A stretch of DNA of 64,000 nucleotides, from NCBI RefSeq assembly GCF_041146345.1, contig NW_027191413.1, forward strand, positions 1,364,001 to 1,428,000, in the 5' to 3' direction. Below, one piece after another: positions 12,971 through 26,800 of this stretch. The DNA comes from Neodothiora populina (lineage: Eukaryota). A program made the translations under genes and the position numbers. The notes below the pieces were generated by a model, which was not told the DNA's origin, searched no databases, and saw only the letters and a program-made list of their open reading frames with translations. The first letter of the stretch is position 1. The number at the start of each line of letters is the position of its first letter.

Positions 12971-14782
12971 ATGGCGCCGGTTCCATCTCCTTCGTCGGTC
13001 TCTCGCCTAAGTAGGCTGTCGGAGATCATTTCTCGCAACTCGAAACTTCTCAATTCCTATTTGATCGACAAGCAGCTTCCACAACCCAGCTTCGCGATCG
13101 ATGCGCCGACGGATGGCATCGTCATCGACAAAAGTGCGCAGAACAGGACAGAATTGGAACATGCCAGGAGAGAATTAATCAGCGCGACAAAGGAGCTTCA
13201 CGATTTGAGTGTTGGTCCTCGGGAAGGAGTTAGAGATTTGGCATGGCGCGTAAGTACATGCTCCTCTACGTTGACTTGGGATGCATCTCTCCGCATCTGC
13301 TTCTATCTATTGGCTCATGCTCCCAATGGTGGCATGTTACACACGTACCCCAAGCTTCGTCGAGTCGCGAAGGGGGAAGACCTGGATTCTCTACTTGTGG
13401 ATGTCCGCGTACATGCGCGAGTGGGGACCGTCACCAAGGGTCCCTTCGCCATGGCTTGACAACCTCATTCGGGTAGTACTGTATGCTAGCGGAAGAGATT
13501 GTTGATGGAAGGAGGCACCCACACAGTCACCATTCATATAATCACAACACACACGATGGGCATGCTCCTGAGCCTTCTGTCAGCTTACCCATTCATCTCC
13601 CAATAGTTCAACGATCAACTCTCGCTACACTTCATCTATCGCTTTGGGATTGCTTCTGCATTCGAGCCTGGAACAACAATCACATTCTCTGAGCTCGCGG
13701 CTCGTACGAAGACGCCATTGCACGACCTCAAACGCCTCGTTCGTCACGCCATCACGAATCGGATATTCTCCGAGCCCACCAAGAATACTATTGCGCATAC
13801 AGCTACCTCGGCGTTGCTCGCGCGCGACGAAGATACTCAAGCATGGGCAGGTATGACGCTCGAGGAGTTCTGGCCAGGTTCGACAAAGACGGTTGCCGCC
13901 ATGCAGAAATGGCCTGGGTCTCAAGAGCCCACGCAGACTGGACTCTCCTTAGACGTTGGCGAGGAAAAGGGTCTCTGGGACGTTGTCACATCGTCGCCGG
14001 CGCGGATGAAGCGATTCGGGATTGCAATGAAAAGCTTGTCTGAGGGCGAAGGCTTCGAGATTACGCATCTGGTCAATGACTATGATTGGGCAAGTGTAGG
14101 AAAGGCTGCTTCGTCAACGGCGGGAGACAACAGCAGACCAAAAGGCACCGTCGTCGACGTTGGCGGCTCGTATGGTTACGCATGTGCTGCCATTGGTGCT
14201 AGATTTCCTCATCTGGACTTTATCGTTCAAGATCTTGCTCGCCTCTATGCTCACATTGATCCCATGGAAAAAGTCCCGGCAGAGATGCGCGACCGCATAA
14301 GTTTCTCCGCTCATGACTTTTTCAACGATCAAGACCCCACTGAAGTAGGCCATGCAGATGTATTTTTAATCAGATGGTGCATGCATAATTGGAGCGATAA
14401 GTATGCCATCAAGATACTACGAGCACTGGTACCCGCATTCAAGAAAGGCGCCAGAGTAGTCATCAATGACGGTGTATTGCCCGAGCCCAAACCGCTCGGT
14501 GGTAGCTGGACAAGCTCTGCAAAGCTCACTCATGATGCTGCTGCTGCTGCTGCTTCTGATAAAATCGGTACGGAAGAGGCATCCGAGGACGTAGACGCGG
14601 ACTATAGGTCCGACAAGAGCATGCGCGACATGGATCTCATCATGCTCCAGGGTCTCAACGCACGAGAGCGCGATCTAGGCGAATGGCAGGACTTGTTCCG
14701 CGCCGCGGATGAAAGATTCGTCTGGAAGGGGGCCAGGCGGAGTGGACGCATGTGGGTCCTCGAAGCCGAATGGAGCGGATGA
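12971..14782 (+). CDS. O-methyltransferase (fungal Methyltransf_2, OmtA/COMT-like)
   Basis: Motifs seen: VVDVGGSYG, FIVQDL, AHDFF, RWCMHNWSD and NARERDLGEWQDLF, plus an N-terminal dimerisation region. A 357-nt intron at 13250-13606 joins DLAWR|FNDQLSLHFIYRF. Confidence 0.9.
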
Positions 14783-15016
14783 ACGCAGGTGCAAACTTGA
14801 CTTGAAACGAGGATTCGTCGACCCTCTACTTGTCTCGTCAATGGCTTTTGTTTTGCTTTGCTCTATATCTCACCATCCTCAGGGAAGTGGCTTTTTCGCG
14901 CACATGGTTTGTCTCTGCCATAGCCATCTAGTCTTTTGAAGATGAGCTTCTTTCTTCTACGCCTCGCTGTGCTACTTTGCTCTATTTCGCGAGATTGTCC
15001 GCCTAATCACACACTG

Positions 15017-16236
15017 TTATAAAGCTTCAGGTTTACTACCAACGTCAGTGCTCGCGCCATCCTTTACATTTTCCTTCTCAACCTGCTCAACTTTGAGTTC
15101 CTGCTCCTTTCTCATCCGCTCTTCCTTCTCGGCCGCACTCCTTTGCTTCCTCCTCTTCTCCTCTCTCTCACTGAATCTATCTCCGAACAAATCAAAGCCC
15201 TGCCTCATGACGATAGTATACTTTACCAATTCCTCCATGCAATCAACAAGCCTATCTCTATTCCCACTAGGTAGCATTCTAGAGCCGCCCAACAACCCCA
15301 CCTGATCTCCTTCTTCCCTCCCATCAACCTCATCGGCATCCGTAAACTGCGTATAAGCCATAGGAACAGAACTCTGATTCGGAACAACAAACATCCTCAT
15401 CCAGCGTCCCAGAATCCTCAGTGTATTAACACTATTGAAGCTCTGCGACCCACCCGACACTTGCGCGACGGCCAACGTCCTGCCCTGCGTCGGGCGCACC
15501 GAGCCCGTGGATAGCGGAATCCAGTCGATCTGGTTTTTGATGATTCCTGTGATCTGCCCGTGTTGTTCGGGACTGATCCACACGTGGCCGTCGGACCATT
15601 TTGACAGGGAGCGCAGTTCTTGCACTTTGGCGTCGTTGTGCGAGATGTCGTCTTTCAGCGGCAGGTTGTGGGATGAAAAGATGCGCACGTCGGCGCCGAG
15701 GCGGTGGAGGATGCGCGCCGCTTCGTAGGTCAGGAGTTTCGAGTAGGATCTTTGTTTTTGGGTTACTTAGCTTGCAAGCGCTGGGAATCTTTCGACTTGC
15801 GGAGTATGCGAGATGCCGAAGGCGCCGAAGGCAGGCGGGCGGGCGGGCTACAATGATAGAAACAGAGAGAGATAGAGATGGAAAAAGCAAAGGAGTGGTG
15901 AACTCGAAAACAGGACTCAGAAATTTTCACGAACCTCGTCCTCAAGCTCCCATAAAGCATAAGAATCCTAACCCTCTGCCCCGTCTTTCTCAGATCCTCC
16001 TCGGCCATCTTCAGCGCCGTACTCAACTCCAATTTCGCCACCCAATCATTCTCCGCCACCTCGGGCTCGAGCAAAAACGGCCGATACGTCGCTCTGATCT
16101 CCGCATCGTCTTCTGACGCAGAGATCGCCAGGCTGCGGTCCAAGTACGCTGCGTCCGGCTCGAGTTCGACGTGCGTTCGCATCGCGGATGTGTTGTTCAG
16201 GTCACCTTGACCTGTTGGCGCTGACGAAGCGGACAT
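15017..16236 (-). CDS. arsH: Arsenic resistance protein ArsH (NADPH-dependent FMN reductase / organoarsenical oxidase)
   Basis: Motifs seen: [25 protein letters not shown] (intron 15750-15934), [55 protein letters not shown] and [11 protein letters not shown]. An in-frame upstream ATG lies at 16404. Confidence 0.93.
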
Positions 16237-16724
16237 TTTGGTCGTGGAGAAAGAGCAATAGTGGATATATATATCTAGAGTCGTAGTCGTCTTTCGAGGA
16301 AGAAAGGAGACTCTGCTCACAGATCTGGATCGAACACCGCTCGTTGCTGCGCTGGTGCTGAAGATCCTAGATGCGTAGAATGGTCGCTGCAGCAGGGGGG
16401 GCATGGATCAGGTGGATTATAGAATTACAGGTCGCTTATGCGTACTCGATAGTAAAAAGTACGCGAGAGAGGGAAAATGACGGATGAGAAGAGATACTTG
16501 ACTTGGTCTGGCATGTCACTGCTCTTACCTTCGATATCTGCGATGCGCGGCTATGTGTGGTGCGCTGCTGCTCCACTCTCTCAGCTGCAGTGATGGTCCA
16601 TTATACCTTACGCAAGACGTTAGAGTGCGCCGTGTGGATATGACACTGCGGCGTCATGATTGGCTCGCTCCGCAATCGAGGCTCCCGGGGCGTTGTTTAT
16701 AAGCACCTTGATGGCATAGCACAG

Positions 16725-16968
16725 ACGCAGGGGAGCTCGTATTTTGGTCAATGATCCCACAATGAATATGCATTAGCTCCTCACATGAATGGTCTTCTAT
16801 TCTTCGAAGACTCACTAATGACTGATCAATGATTCCTCAATGAGTAGTGAACGACTAGCGCGTGAATGTCAATGAACCCTTGACGGATAGTGAATGACCA
16901 CCTGCACCCAGTGAATGGTCAATGACTGCTTAGAGAAAAGTCGATGACTAAAAACGAGCTCCTTTGTA
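16725..16968 (+). mobile_element. TIR + 22-bp-array element (copy 4, best-preserved TIR pair)
   Basis: Left end GGAGCTCGTATTTTGGTCA matches the reverse complement of right end TGACTAAAAACGAGCTCC(TTTGTA). Internal TCAATGA array. Confidence 0.7.
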
Positions 16969-17167
16969 TATCGATAATCAGCCCTGGTTATTTGGAACAT
17001 ACGCACCTTTACTCTACGGCCTACGACGTGATCATAAGCAGTCCGTGTTTCACATATCATGAAGGTCAAGATTCGTGATTCATAAGTCGTCATGTTCAGA
17101 TGTTTTTTCTACCGCACGCATGTACTAGCTAGAAACTCATTTCCAAAAAAAAAGTGGCTGGTGCAGC

Positions 17168-20100
17168 CTAAGTGTAGACTTCCTCCGTGAATGCGTTCAG
17201 TCCGAGACCCTCCTTGGCAATGTCTTCATCCTTCAAGAACAAGAGAGGCATCTCGACCAGAGTGCCTCTGATACGAGACAGCACTTCTTTGACCTCCTCC
17301 ACACCTCCAGGAAAATCCTCGGCCACGACATGGCCCCACTTCCATGTACTTGGTTTCTCTTTTCTGGGATCTTTGCCTTCGGCACCGTCGCCCTTGTCGT
17401 CGTCGTCTTTCTTGTCGTCTTCCTTCTCCTCCTTGTCCTGCTTGAAGAAGCGCTCAAAGTAGTCATCATACTGCTTCCAGGTTCTGACCTTATCAGTGGG
17501 GACGGGGTGGAAGACTTGTTCGAAAGATTCAGTGTTGGTACGAGCAGTGCCGTACCAAAGACTTTGGAAGTCGTCTTCAAGAGGATCAACGACGGCCTCG
17601 TCTTCACGACTGTTCCAATCGTACTCGTTGGGCACTCCAATAGGTTCGAAGTTCTGGGTCGGCTGTGTAGGGTCCTGAGGTGGCAACAGACCTACGTGGG
17701 GTGTTAGCAAACGCACGTAATATGTGGGTTGTTTTCGATTGGACTTACCAAGATGCTTTCTGAACAGCTGGCGACGCAGACTGGCAGCGAATTGAGTCGC
17801 ACGCCAAGGGTTGCCAGCCATGGAGCTGTCTATCTCACGAGGGTCCTCCACGCGAATAAGGATTTCGGAGTCATGGTCTCCAAGTTGAGAACGATCGTTA
17901 AGGTTCGCAGATCCGCAGAGCACAATTCGATCGTCGGCGATGAGGATCTTGCTGTGAACATACAGCTCCTCTGACACGAAAGCGTCAATCTCATCAGTGG
18001 TTCCGTCTTCCCAAGGAACATTGCGGATATCCTCTCCGCCAAGCATGTAGCACTCTGCGACACTATCCCAGCGTCCACTACTGCCGAGTCCTTGACGTTC
18101 ACTCATACCTCGAGTCGCCTCTTGGTAACGATCATACTGTCCGGAAGAATTGTCGTAGTTCGTGTCAGCTCCTTCATTATCATTTTCGGCATCCGCTCCG
18201 TATCTTTGATCGTAACCGATTCGAGCATTATCGTAGCTTACACCACTGTCCTGTTCTGCTCGTTTCATTGCGCTGCTAGAATTGATGCGGTCGTAGTTGC
18301 GAAGGTTGAAGAATCGGATATACTGCATGGGATCGATTCCTTCACCTGCGATTGTCTCCATGATGGAGTACCCGCCACGATTGATCGAGTTGTATTGGAA
18401 CTCCATGATTGCGCGAGTGCTCAGTGCATCATCGGCCCTTAGGTCTCCCGCAAAGGCGGGTATAGCTGGCATCACGATGAACATCATAAAGCGCTCGTTA
18501 TTGCGTGCCTGCGTCGTTGATCAGTATTCATCTATACAGAAACTTCCTCAAGCCCACTTACAGCTCTGATGATACGCTCTGTAATGGCGGCACCAATCTT
18601 GTTCTTGATAGGCTTCTGGTCATCCACTGTAGCTGTGATAAAGAACTGGTTCTCAATGTAGATAAAGTGCTTGCTGTCACGAATGGTCTCGATGTACGCG
18701 TTGGCAATCGAGTGTTCGACTGGGGTGCCGTGACTCCATTTGGCACAGCTGCGCATGATCTGACAAGGAATGCCACCAAGATCACCCTGGTCTTCGCGGC
18801 CGCCCCGGGAAACACCAAACTCGTCACCGATTTGCTCCCTAGCACCTTCAAAACGGTTCATGAACCTATCGCGCATGGTTTCAGAACGGGGCAAATTAGG
18901 ATCAGGCCCCTCGCCAGCAGTGGGTTCGGCGTGGTAGACGTGATCTATGATGCCCACTCTGCTCTCTGGAGGATAGAGTTCGGAGTAACGATCATCCTGC
19001 CTGGAAGAATACTTGGACTTGTAGAGAAAGTTCCAGCGCTGAGCGAAATGCTGTTTCAGGTCTTCAACAACAGGTCCTCTCAGACTGATGGATAAGTCAG
19101 ACCAGCCCATTCGCGAGTTATAAGTACGGTCCAGCTTGTTGTTCTGCCAATGAGCTACATCCTGAAAGTCCATAATACGGGCATTGTTGTAGTCCTGGCC
19201 AGGGAATATGATTCTCTCTAGGTCGCTTGGGTGGGCATCGGCAATAGAGTGCTATAGTGTCAACACACTTTGCTGTCAAAGAAGGATCAAGGTGCAGACA
19301 TACCTGGTTCGTATCCCACCTTCCGTAACATAAATCGATGCCACCCATGAACGCAATCTCACCGTCTATAAGGCACAGCTTCTCGTGATGGGCCCAGTAA
19401 AGTACAGTCTCCTCATTTACACCGTAAATTGCCTTCAAAGCATCCATTGGTAATTTCGATGCAGTTGAAGCTGTCAAACCTTGTTCTTGCACTTCAGACC
19501 AGAATTCGGAAGCAAGTGCTTGCTCGTCGGGTAAATGGTCAGGGTGCCTGAACACGGCGATATTGGGATGGAGGTCCTCAAGTTCATGCTTCGTGTGGGA
19601 CGATGATACTGATACAAGAGTTCAATTAGCGGGCTGGCCTTTCAGCGTGTGCCGTCGATGTTTGGATCTAGGTCCATTCGAAGGAGGATAGCTGCAAGTA
19701 TATCCGCAGGTCGAGGTAGAATGGCATGTAGAAGATTATCTATATAGCTTTAAGTGACTTACGAGTGAGAGCTTGAGTAACCTATACATTTTGGTAAGCG
19801 CAAGTGTTCACAGTCTACAGAATGGACCAATCACAAACCTCTTTGTAGACAATGATGTTGACTTTGACTCCTCGCTCGGCGGCAGCTTGGAGCATGCGAT
19901 CGACACGGTATTGTTCGTTCTTGGCAGGAGGGCGGCGAAGGTAAAGCTCCGGAGACAGCCACCCTACAAGTAGACAAATTAGTCTCGATTCTCTGTAGGC
20001 ACATACGCTTAGATATAAAGCCCAGCACGTACAATCGAGGATCCATATAGATTCCCGTGCTCTTTCCAATGCCATACTCACAGCCCACATGTAGCCGCAA

Positions 20101-20786
20101 GCATCGACAAACCATTTGACATCGTTTCCTGCTCGTTCTGGAGCGAAACTTTGGTATCTGTGAAGACTCTGTGCGTGTGCACCATCGGAGCATTCACCAC
20201 TGGCACTAGTGTGGGCATGAGTTTCTTTTTCTTCGTCACTAGTGAAAGCTCCCTTGATGTCATTTCCTATGTTGTGAACGGCCTCATGGACCTTATCGAA
20301 GATGAAAGACATTCTGGACGCAGGAGAAGCAGATTCGGGAGCAGAGGTTGTAGCAGGGTTGTGAGGAGTTTGAGTCTGCGAGAAAGGAGAAGATGGAGAA
20401 GCAGAGTTATGATATGTTTGAGGCTGATAGGAATACGGAGCTGGACCGTACTGTCAAACATCAGAAGACTACACGACACAGCGGTGTACATGATATGAAT
20501 GACATAAGGGCAATAACATGAAACAGGCGCCAAGCAGAGTTATATGATGTAAAAAATATAAGAGGCATCGGAACGGAACACCATCGCTTACTGCTAACGC
20601 GGCCTCATGCTGCTCCACTCCGACTTGCACAGGCGGGGGCTTATGCTCAGTGCCCGGAGTGAGCCCAAACATGCCCAGTAAGCCTCTGGCTGCTCGTGCT
20701 GAAGATTCGGTCTGTCCATCGTCCAGAGATTCGTGGTAATCGCCATATGCCAAGTGCTCATCGTGTTCATCATGAGAAGAAGACAT
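17168..20786 (-). CDS. Phospholipase D (non-Spo14, fungal PldA-like)
   Basis: Two HKD motifs: WAHHEKLCLIDG and LYVHSKILIADD...GSANLNDRSQLGDHDSE. Also ILDWWLSPELYLRRP and IYIENQFFI. Multi-exon, including a ~19-nt micro-exon (VTQALT, ~19761-19779). The first exon from ATG 20786 splices in phase to YGPAPY...SRMSFIF. Confidence 0.92.
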
Positions 20787-21106
20787 GCTGTTTCATGTTC
20801 AGACGTCTGGATGTTTTGCCCCGCAATTTTGAGGGGTACACAGGGTTCCCGCCGCCTTACGCTTCAAATGGGAGAATCTGTAAATAAACAGACTGAAGCA
20901 AGACAAAAGGGCAGAGCAATGGTCCTACTTTTGTGGCATCTCAGCCTCTAGCCAGCGCATGGGGACGGAACAACAATACCGAGCCGCGCATTAGTGGAAC
21001 CAGTACTGATAATCCACATCGTGCGAATCATAATGATTGCGAAGCTGCATTCACCTCTCGATTCGTCTTGGCGCTCCGGCGCCGGTGCTTCGAGGCTCTT
21101 TCCTGA

Positions 21107-21389
21107 TACAAAGCACCTAGTCTTTAGTCATTGACATCGAGTAGTCATCAGAAACTCACTGACTATTCATCAGGTATTCATCAGCCATTCACTAGGGACT
21201 CAACAGCTATTTAGCAGAGAATTCAGTAGCTCTTTATCAGAATTTCAGTAGTTATTCTTCGAAGACTCACTGACCGTCCATCAGAAATTCAATGACTAAG
21301 GTAAGGTATTCATCAAAACCCTCATTAAGTTTTCATCAGACTCCTCGACCATTTATTAGAGTCATCGACCAAAACTGAGCTACCTTGTA
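21107..21389 (-). mobile_element. TIR + 22-bp-array element (copy 5)
   Basis: Left end TACAAAGCACCTAGTCTTTAGTCA, right end TCGACCAAAACTGAGCTACCTTGTA. The internal array of TCATTGA/TCATCAG units is in reverse orientation. Confidence 0.65.
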
Positions 21390-23889
21390 GTCCACAGAAG
21401 CAGTGGAACAGCTCTGATATGCATCCGGCGAAGAACATCTGCATTGTCTCCAATATTCAGGCCTCATATTCAGCGGATGTGACATAGCTTGTTGGGAGAA
21501 CAGTGTATTCTTGCCTGAGCATTGACGGCGTTCATCTCGTGTATTCGCCTTTGTCGTCGCTAGATCTCATTTCTGAGGCTGTGAAGAACTACTGGCTGGA
21601 TGTGCAAGATCATGTCTGAGCGGCTACTTTACTCGATCTCAAGATCATTGAAGTCAGCGGCTGCAATGCAGCTTTGGCATTGATAGTGTCTCTCGCTCTC
21701 TCTACAGCGGTACCGGGGTTCGCGTGTAAGATGGATGGTGCGCTCTCCACGTCCAGCGTGTCTCAATGATTAGTACTGATCTTGGGGAAGGAAACCACAA
21801 CATTTGCAAGAGGAGCACATCTGATTCCTGACGCAACGCATAGAATGAAGTACCGTGTGTACCGTAGATTACCTTACTCTACTGTGCGATGTAGTCGGGG
21901 ATATACTGACTCAGGGAAGATACCTACGGGTATGTGGGTCCTGCTGCCGTTGCTGCTCGTGACTCGACCAAGCAGCGCTACACTTTCGTCTGTCTTCTCC
22001 CCCAATTTTCCCCGTACATACTTGTTGTTTACTATATCCCTTCTTCTGTGCCATTAGTCTTGACCAAAATTTCTATCTTTACACGCTTTAGCCCATTCGT
22101 TCCTTTACCCCGCGGGACCTCTCAGCCCCTCCTCGTCCGATTCTCTGGCGAGCAGGCTGCTGCAAGTTCACAGTACAGTACCTGTAACATTGACACCTGC
22201 ATCCCACAAATCCTGGTACCGTGCGTCTTTGTTGAGCCTTCCGCATCTCACCTGAGGCGCTGCTGCAAGCGTCATATATTGCTATCTTTGGATTACCAAG
22301 TACCTTACAGTAGCAACAAAGGTTGGAAATCCGATGTCCGCCCTTCTCCTTCAGAAACGCACGTTTCAGAGCACTGCATGGAGAGTCATGACCCATCTTG
22401 CCTTGTTTTGGCCATTGCATCTATTACAATTCAACCGTACACTTGCACTTTTTGTGGACCCCCGGCCTCCAAGGTCAATAGTGCGTAAAAGCTCTATAAG
22501 CACGAGAAAAGACTGAGTGGGACACCAAATGATATACCAGAAATAAACACCGCGTACATATCGAACGAAGGTCGGTATGACCGGCTGAATGTTGAATGAG
22601 CTGATAGGCACCGGGTAATTGCTGACGGACTTACTGCCAATTGCAATTCGGAAGTACGCCAGATCTTGGGGGAAGGGTAGAGCAGAATGGAAACATGCAC
22701 GCTGACTCCAACACAAGTGTGCATCTTCAAGGTATATGTTGTTGATATACTTAGCGGTGCATTTCTCCACACTGCTTTTGTTTTGAGTATAATTGTGGAG
22801 GAGAAGCTCCCTCGCCCCCTCTCTGGCCCCAGAAGAATAGCAAACAAGGATTATGTGATTATTGAGCAGATACAAAGTGAAGATTAGTCGACAACTGGGT
22901 GGACGCCACATGCTTGTTCAATGAAGGCTCAGCGAAGAATTGAACATACTGTACGTCGAATGAAGAAATTGCATGAAACCCAATGCGAGTCGAACCAAAG
23001 TCATATAATAATAGGGTTGGGTGAAGTTGGGTGAAGGCTCGCTCCCCCCCTCTCTTTCTCCCCCTCGCAATCCAGGGTCCGGCGGTAAGCCAATCCCAGT
23101 CTGTCAATAACTGGAGGCTGTTGGTCGCTTGCGCATTCCATATCCCCCTAATTCCAATCAACCACCCCGATCGCCGACTCCCGCTTGTTTGACATTACCT
23201 CGTATACGGGATATCTGTACAGCAGAGTACTGTGCAGTACAGTGCAGTCCAGTCCAGTACCTCTCTACCTTGTCTAATAGCAGGGTCATCTTATCACTCT
23301 ACCTTAACCCGTCGCTCTCAATCCCATAAATCTTTTCATTCGCACTTAATCGCACCTTTGGCACATGCTGTCGTCATCCCAACCTGCTGCACGCTTCCTT
23401 TGCAGGCTCACAGCCGAGCTCCAACACTCGCTGCTCTTGCACCCCGACTAATTCCACCGATATAACATCACTAACGTCGCCATACGCGAGCTGAACGACA
23501 GAGACAGCAACACCATTGTCCCTGTTCCATCTCCAAGACCATCATCGTCATCATCATCATTTCCTTCAACAGCGTCCTCGCCATCAACCTCGCCACTCCT
23601 TTAACCTAGACAAAGCTTCACCGCACCACCTCCTTTAATCACTTTTGGCAGGCACGCGTGACTTGGACAGCCTCCACGCATACCTTACCTTGTTCTACGA
23701 TCAAATCCTACCTTCTTCGCCCTCCGCGAATGCCATTTCTCACGACTGGGACTAGTGCCCAGGCCTAATAATCACGATACCAGACCAAAAAACACGTCGT
23801 CTCTTGGATTTGACACCTAGCTGGCATACACTGCCTAATAGTCATCTGCCTCACGAATATACCCCAATAATAAAACAAAACACAACAAC

Positions 23890-26800
23890 ATGGGCCTTAC
23901 CACTGAAGGGCACGAGGCCTCGGGCGCCGACCCCCCTCCTCTCCTGAACAGCCTCGGCATCCCCAGTAATAACTCGTCGCCTGTCCCGCCCAGCTCGACT
24001 CCCAATGGCGATCCAGACAAGTCGCTGGCCTTGCGACAACACAGAACGCAGGGCAGCCGCGACATGGTGGCAGACGCTGCGGTCAATGGCCAAGAGCGCG
24101 TGGGGAGGAAAAGCACAGAAGATGGGCGAGAGATGGCAGCCCGAGACCAGTCACGGCCTGACCCTGCTCGTCGGCCCAACGACAGATCCAAGATATGTGG
24201 CAAGTGTGGAGAGAGTCTCACCGGTCAATTCGTGAGAGCGCTCGGTGGTACATTCCATCTCGAGTGTTTCACATGTCATGTCAGTCTTCATCTCTGCTTG
24301 TGCGCAGTGGCATTCCCCTGTGCCTGCGATCCATGCTGACTCAAGTGTTTAGGACTGTGGTAAAATCGTCGCCTCCAAGTTCTTCCCCGTACCCGACCAT
24401 CCTCCGAATCAGTACCCGCTGTGCGAAACGGATTACTTCCGCCGATTGGATCTTCTCTGCCACGCGTGTGGCGGTGCGCTACGAGGCTCTTACATCACAG
24501 CTCTGGACCGCAAGTACCATATCGAGCATTTCACCTGTTCCGTGTGCCCCACTGTCTTCGGTGCGCAGGACAGCTACTACGAACATGAAGGAAACGTCTA
24601 CTGTCACTACCACTATTCCACCAAATTCGCCCAGCGCTGTAATGGCTGTCATACCGCCATCCTCAAGCAATTCGTCGAGATCTTTCGCAATGGCCAGAAT
24701 CAACATTGGCACCCGGAGTGCTACATGATCCACAAGTACTGGAACGTGCGACTGCATCAGGGCGGGCCACTCACCGCCGAAGAGAAGAACATGACGGAAG
24801 AGGATGCCACCGAAGACATGCGCAAGCTGGTCCGGGAGAGCGAGGAACATGTCGAAGAGAAGGTTCTCTGGATCTGGCGCACCTTGTCAAGCTTTGAGGA
24901 GAAGTCAGCCACCTGCATATCGGACATGCTGTTACACGTCAGCAACGGCGCATACATGGACGGCGTCGTGGCAGCTAGGAAGTTCATCATGCACGTTGAC
25001 CTTTTGTTCTCTGCTGCAGACGGTCTGGATCAGACACTCAGCGCCAACACATCCAAAGGTCTGTCATACTCTAGAGAAGCCAAGTTGCTGTGCAAGAAAG
25101 TCGTCGCCTTCTTCCAGCTCCTCGCCGAGTCCCAGGAAACCGGTGTGCGAAGGCTTGGTGTCACCCAAGAGCTACTATCTCTCGTCACAGGTCTGGCACA
25201 CTACCTTAAGCTGCTGATCCGCATATGCTTGCAAGGTGCACTCAAGCTGGAGCGTGAGACGTCAAGCCAGGAGGGACTCACACATTTTCTCGAAGACATC
25301 GGCACCCTGGATGAGCGTCTCGAGATCGAAAACGAGAAAGACTCGCGTTCAGACACCGAGGGCTACGTGTCGAGGACAGCCGATAACTGTGCAGTTTGCG
25401 GCAAAGCGGTCGAGGACAAGTGTTTTGCTCTGAAAGACAAGAGGTTCCATGCTTCGTGTCTGACCTGCGCAAAGTGCAATCGCCCTGTCGGCATCGAAAA
25501 CATCATCGAGACACGGTGGGACGAAGAGTCGAACACGGTCCTGTGCGACAGGCACGCTCCTCCGAACGCCATTGCTGGCTTCACCCAGGTCACACGCCTC
25601 CAACAATATGTGCATCTCCTCCGAGTCGCGCATGCCAGACTGCTTGCTACTCTCCGTACCAGTGGCGCTCTACCACACACATCAGGTTCGTGGATAGTTC
25701 CATTTTCGATGAATATCTCTCATTTGCTTACTACAACCACAGATGATCCGAACTTGACTGACTATGACTCGAATCAAGGACATCGCGTATCACCCAACGG
25801 CGCAGCCTCGGGTCCCCAGCCGCTTCGTGCAAACACCAGATCCAAGTCATATGCTGGGTCGACGAGACGTGAGCAATCGCCTTCTTATGAGCAGACGCTT
25901 GGAGACATACGTCGCCTGCGCTCGACAAGAATGGACAAGCAGGTGTCGACGACAAACCGAAAAGCACGACACTCACGCATCATCGACGGTCCAGAGGGGA
26001 TGAGCACAAGCACAGATGCTGACGGAAAGAGAGAACGCCGCATGACTGGTGGCTTCCAGATCATTGACGAGTCTGATAACCAAGGCGACAACCGGTCATC
26101 CCAGTTGAACTTCGGAACAGGTGAGGGTATGACACTGGACGATATTCCACGATTGGTACAAGCACAACAGACAAGAGAGCAACGGCCGAATGCATCCAAG
26201 TACGCCCGCGGACAAATGGTGCCACAGGAGCCCAAGGCCCGACTGGTGGCCAATGGACACAATCGACACATTTCCGAGGACCAAGAAAACCTACACAAGC
26301 CCGAAGGCATCAACCGCACCAAAAGATACTTTTCCGAACTATCAGCCCTGGAGTACTTCATTGTGCGTCACGTTGCCGTTTTGTCGATGGAGCCGTTGTT
26401 GGAGGGCTTCTTCAATCAAGAAGAGCTTCTCGACCTTATTGAGACCAAACGGCCGACCTTCTGGGGCAAGTTTGGCAAAGCTTTCCAGAAGAAGGACGAG
26501 GGCGGCAAGAAAAAGAACGCCAAACGGGGCATCTTTGGCGTTGCGCTTGACCAACTCGTCGAGAGGGATTATGCCGAGTCAACAGACGGCGTCGGGCCTG
26601 GCGCACTCCGGATCCCGGTGCTGGTGCAGGACTCCATCTCCGCCATGCGCACGATGGACATGTCTGTCGAGGGTGTGTTCAGAAAGAACGGCAACATCAA
26701 GAGGCTCAACGAGGTCAAGGAGGAAATCGACAACAAGGAAGCCGTCGATGTCGATCTTACCAAGGAGAACCCCGTGCAAGTAGCGGCGCTCCTGAAGAAA

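Noticed and set aside
10221..14782. Methyltransferases as ArsM or as a secondary-metabolite cluster
   Set aside because: Their motifs match the LaeA-like and COMT-type families rather than ArsM, and there is no PKS, NRPS or terpene synthase in the window.
21782..23465. Several 60-184 aa ORFs between the PLD gene and LRG1
   Set aside because: No recognisable domains or consistent exon structure; likely promoter or long 5' UTR.
23730..23768. 12-codon uORF upstream of LRG1
   Set aside because: Expected by chance, and the transcript start is unknown.
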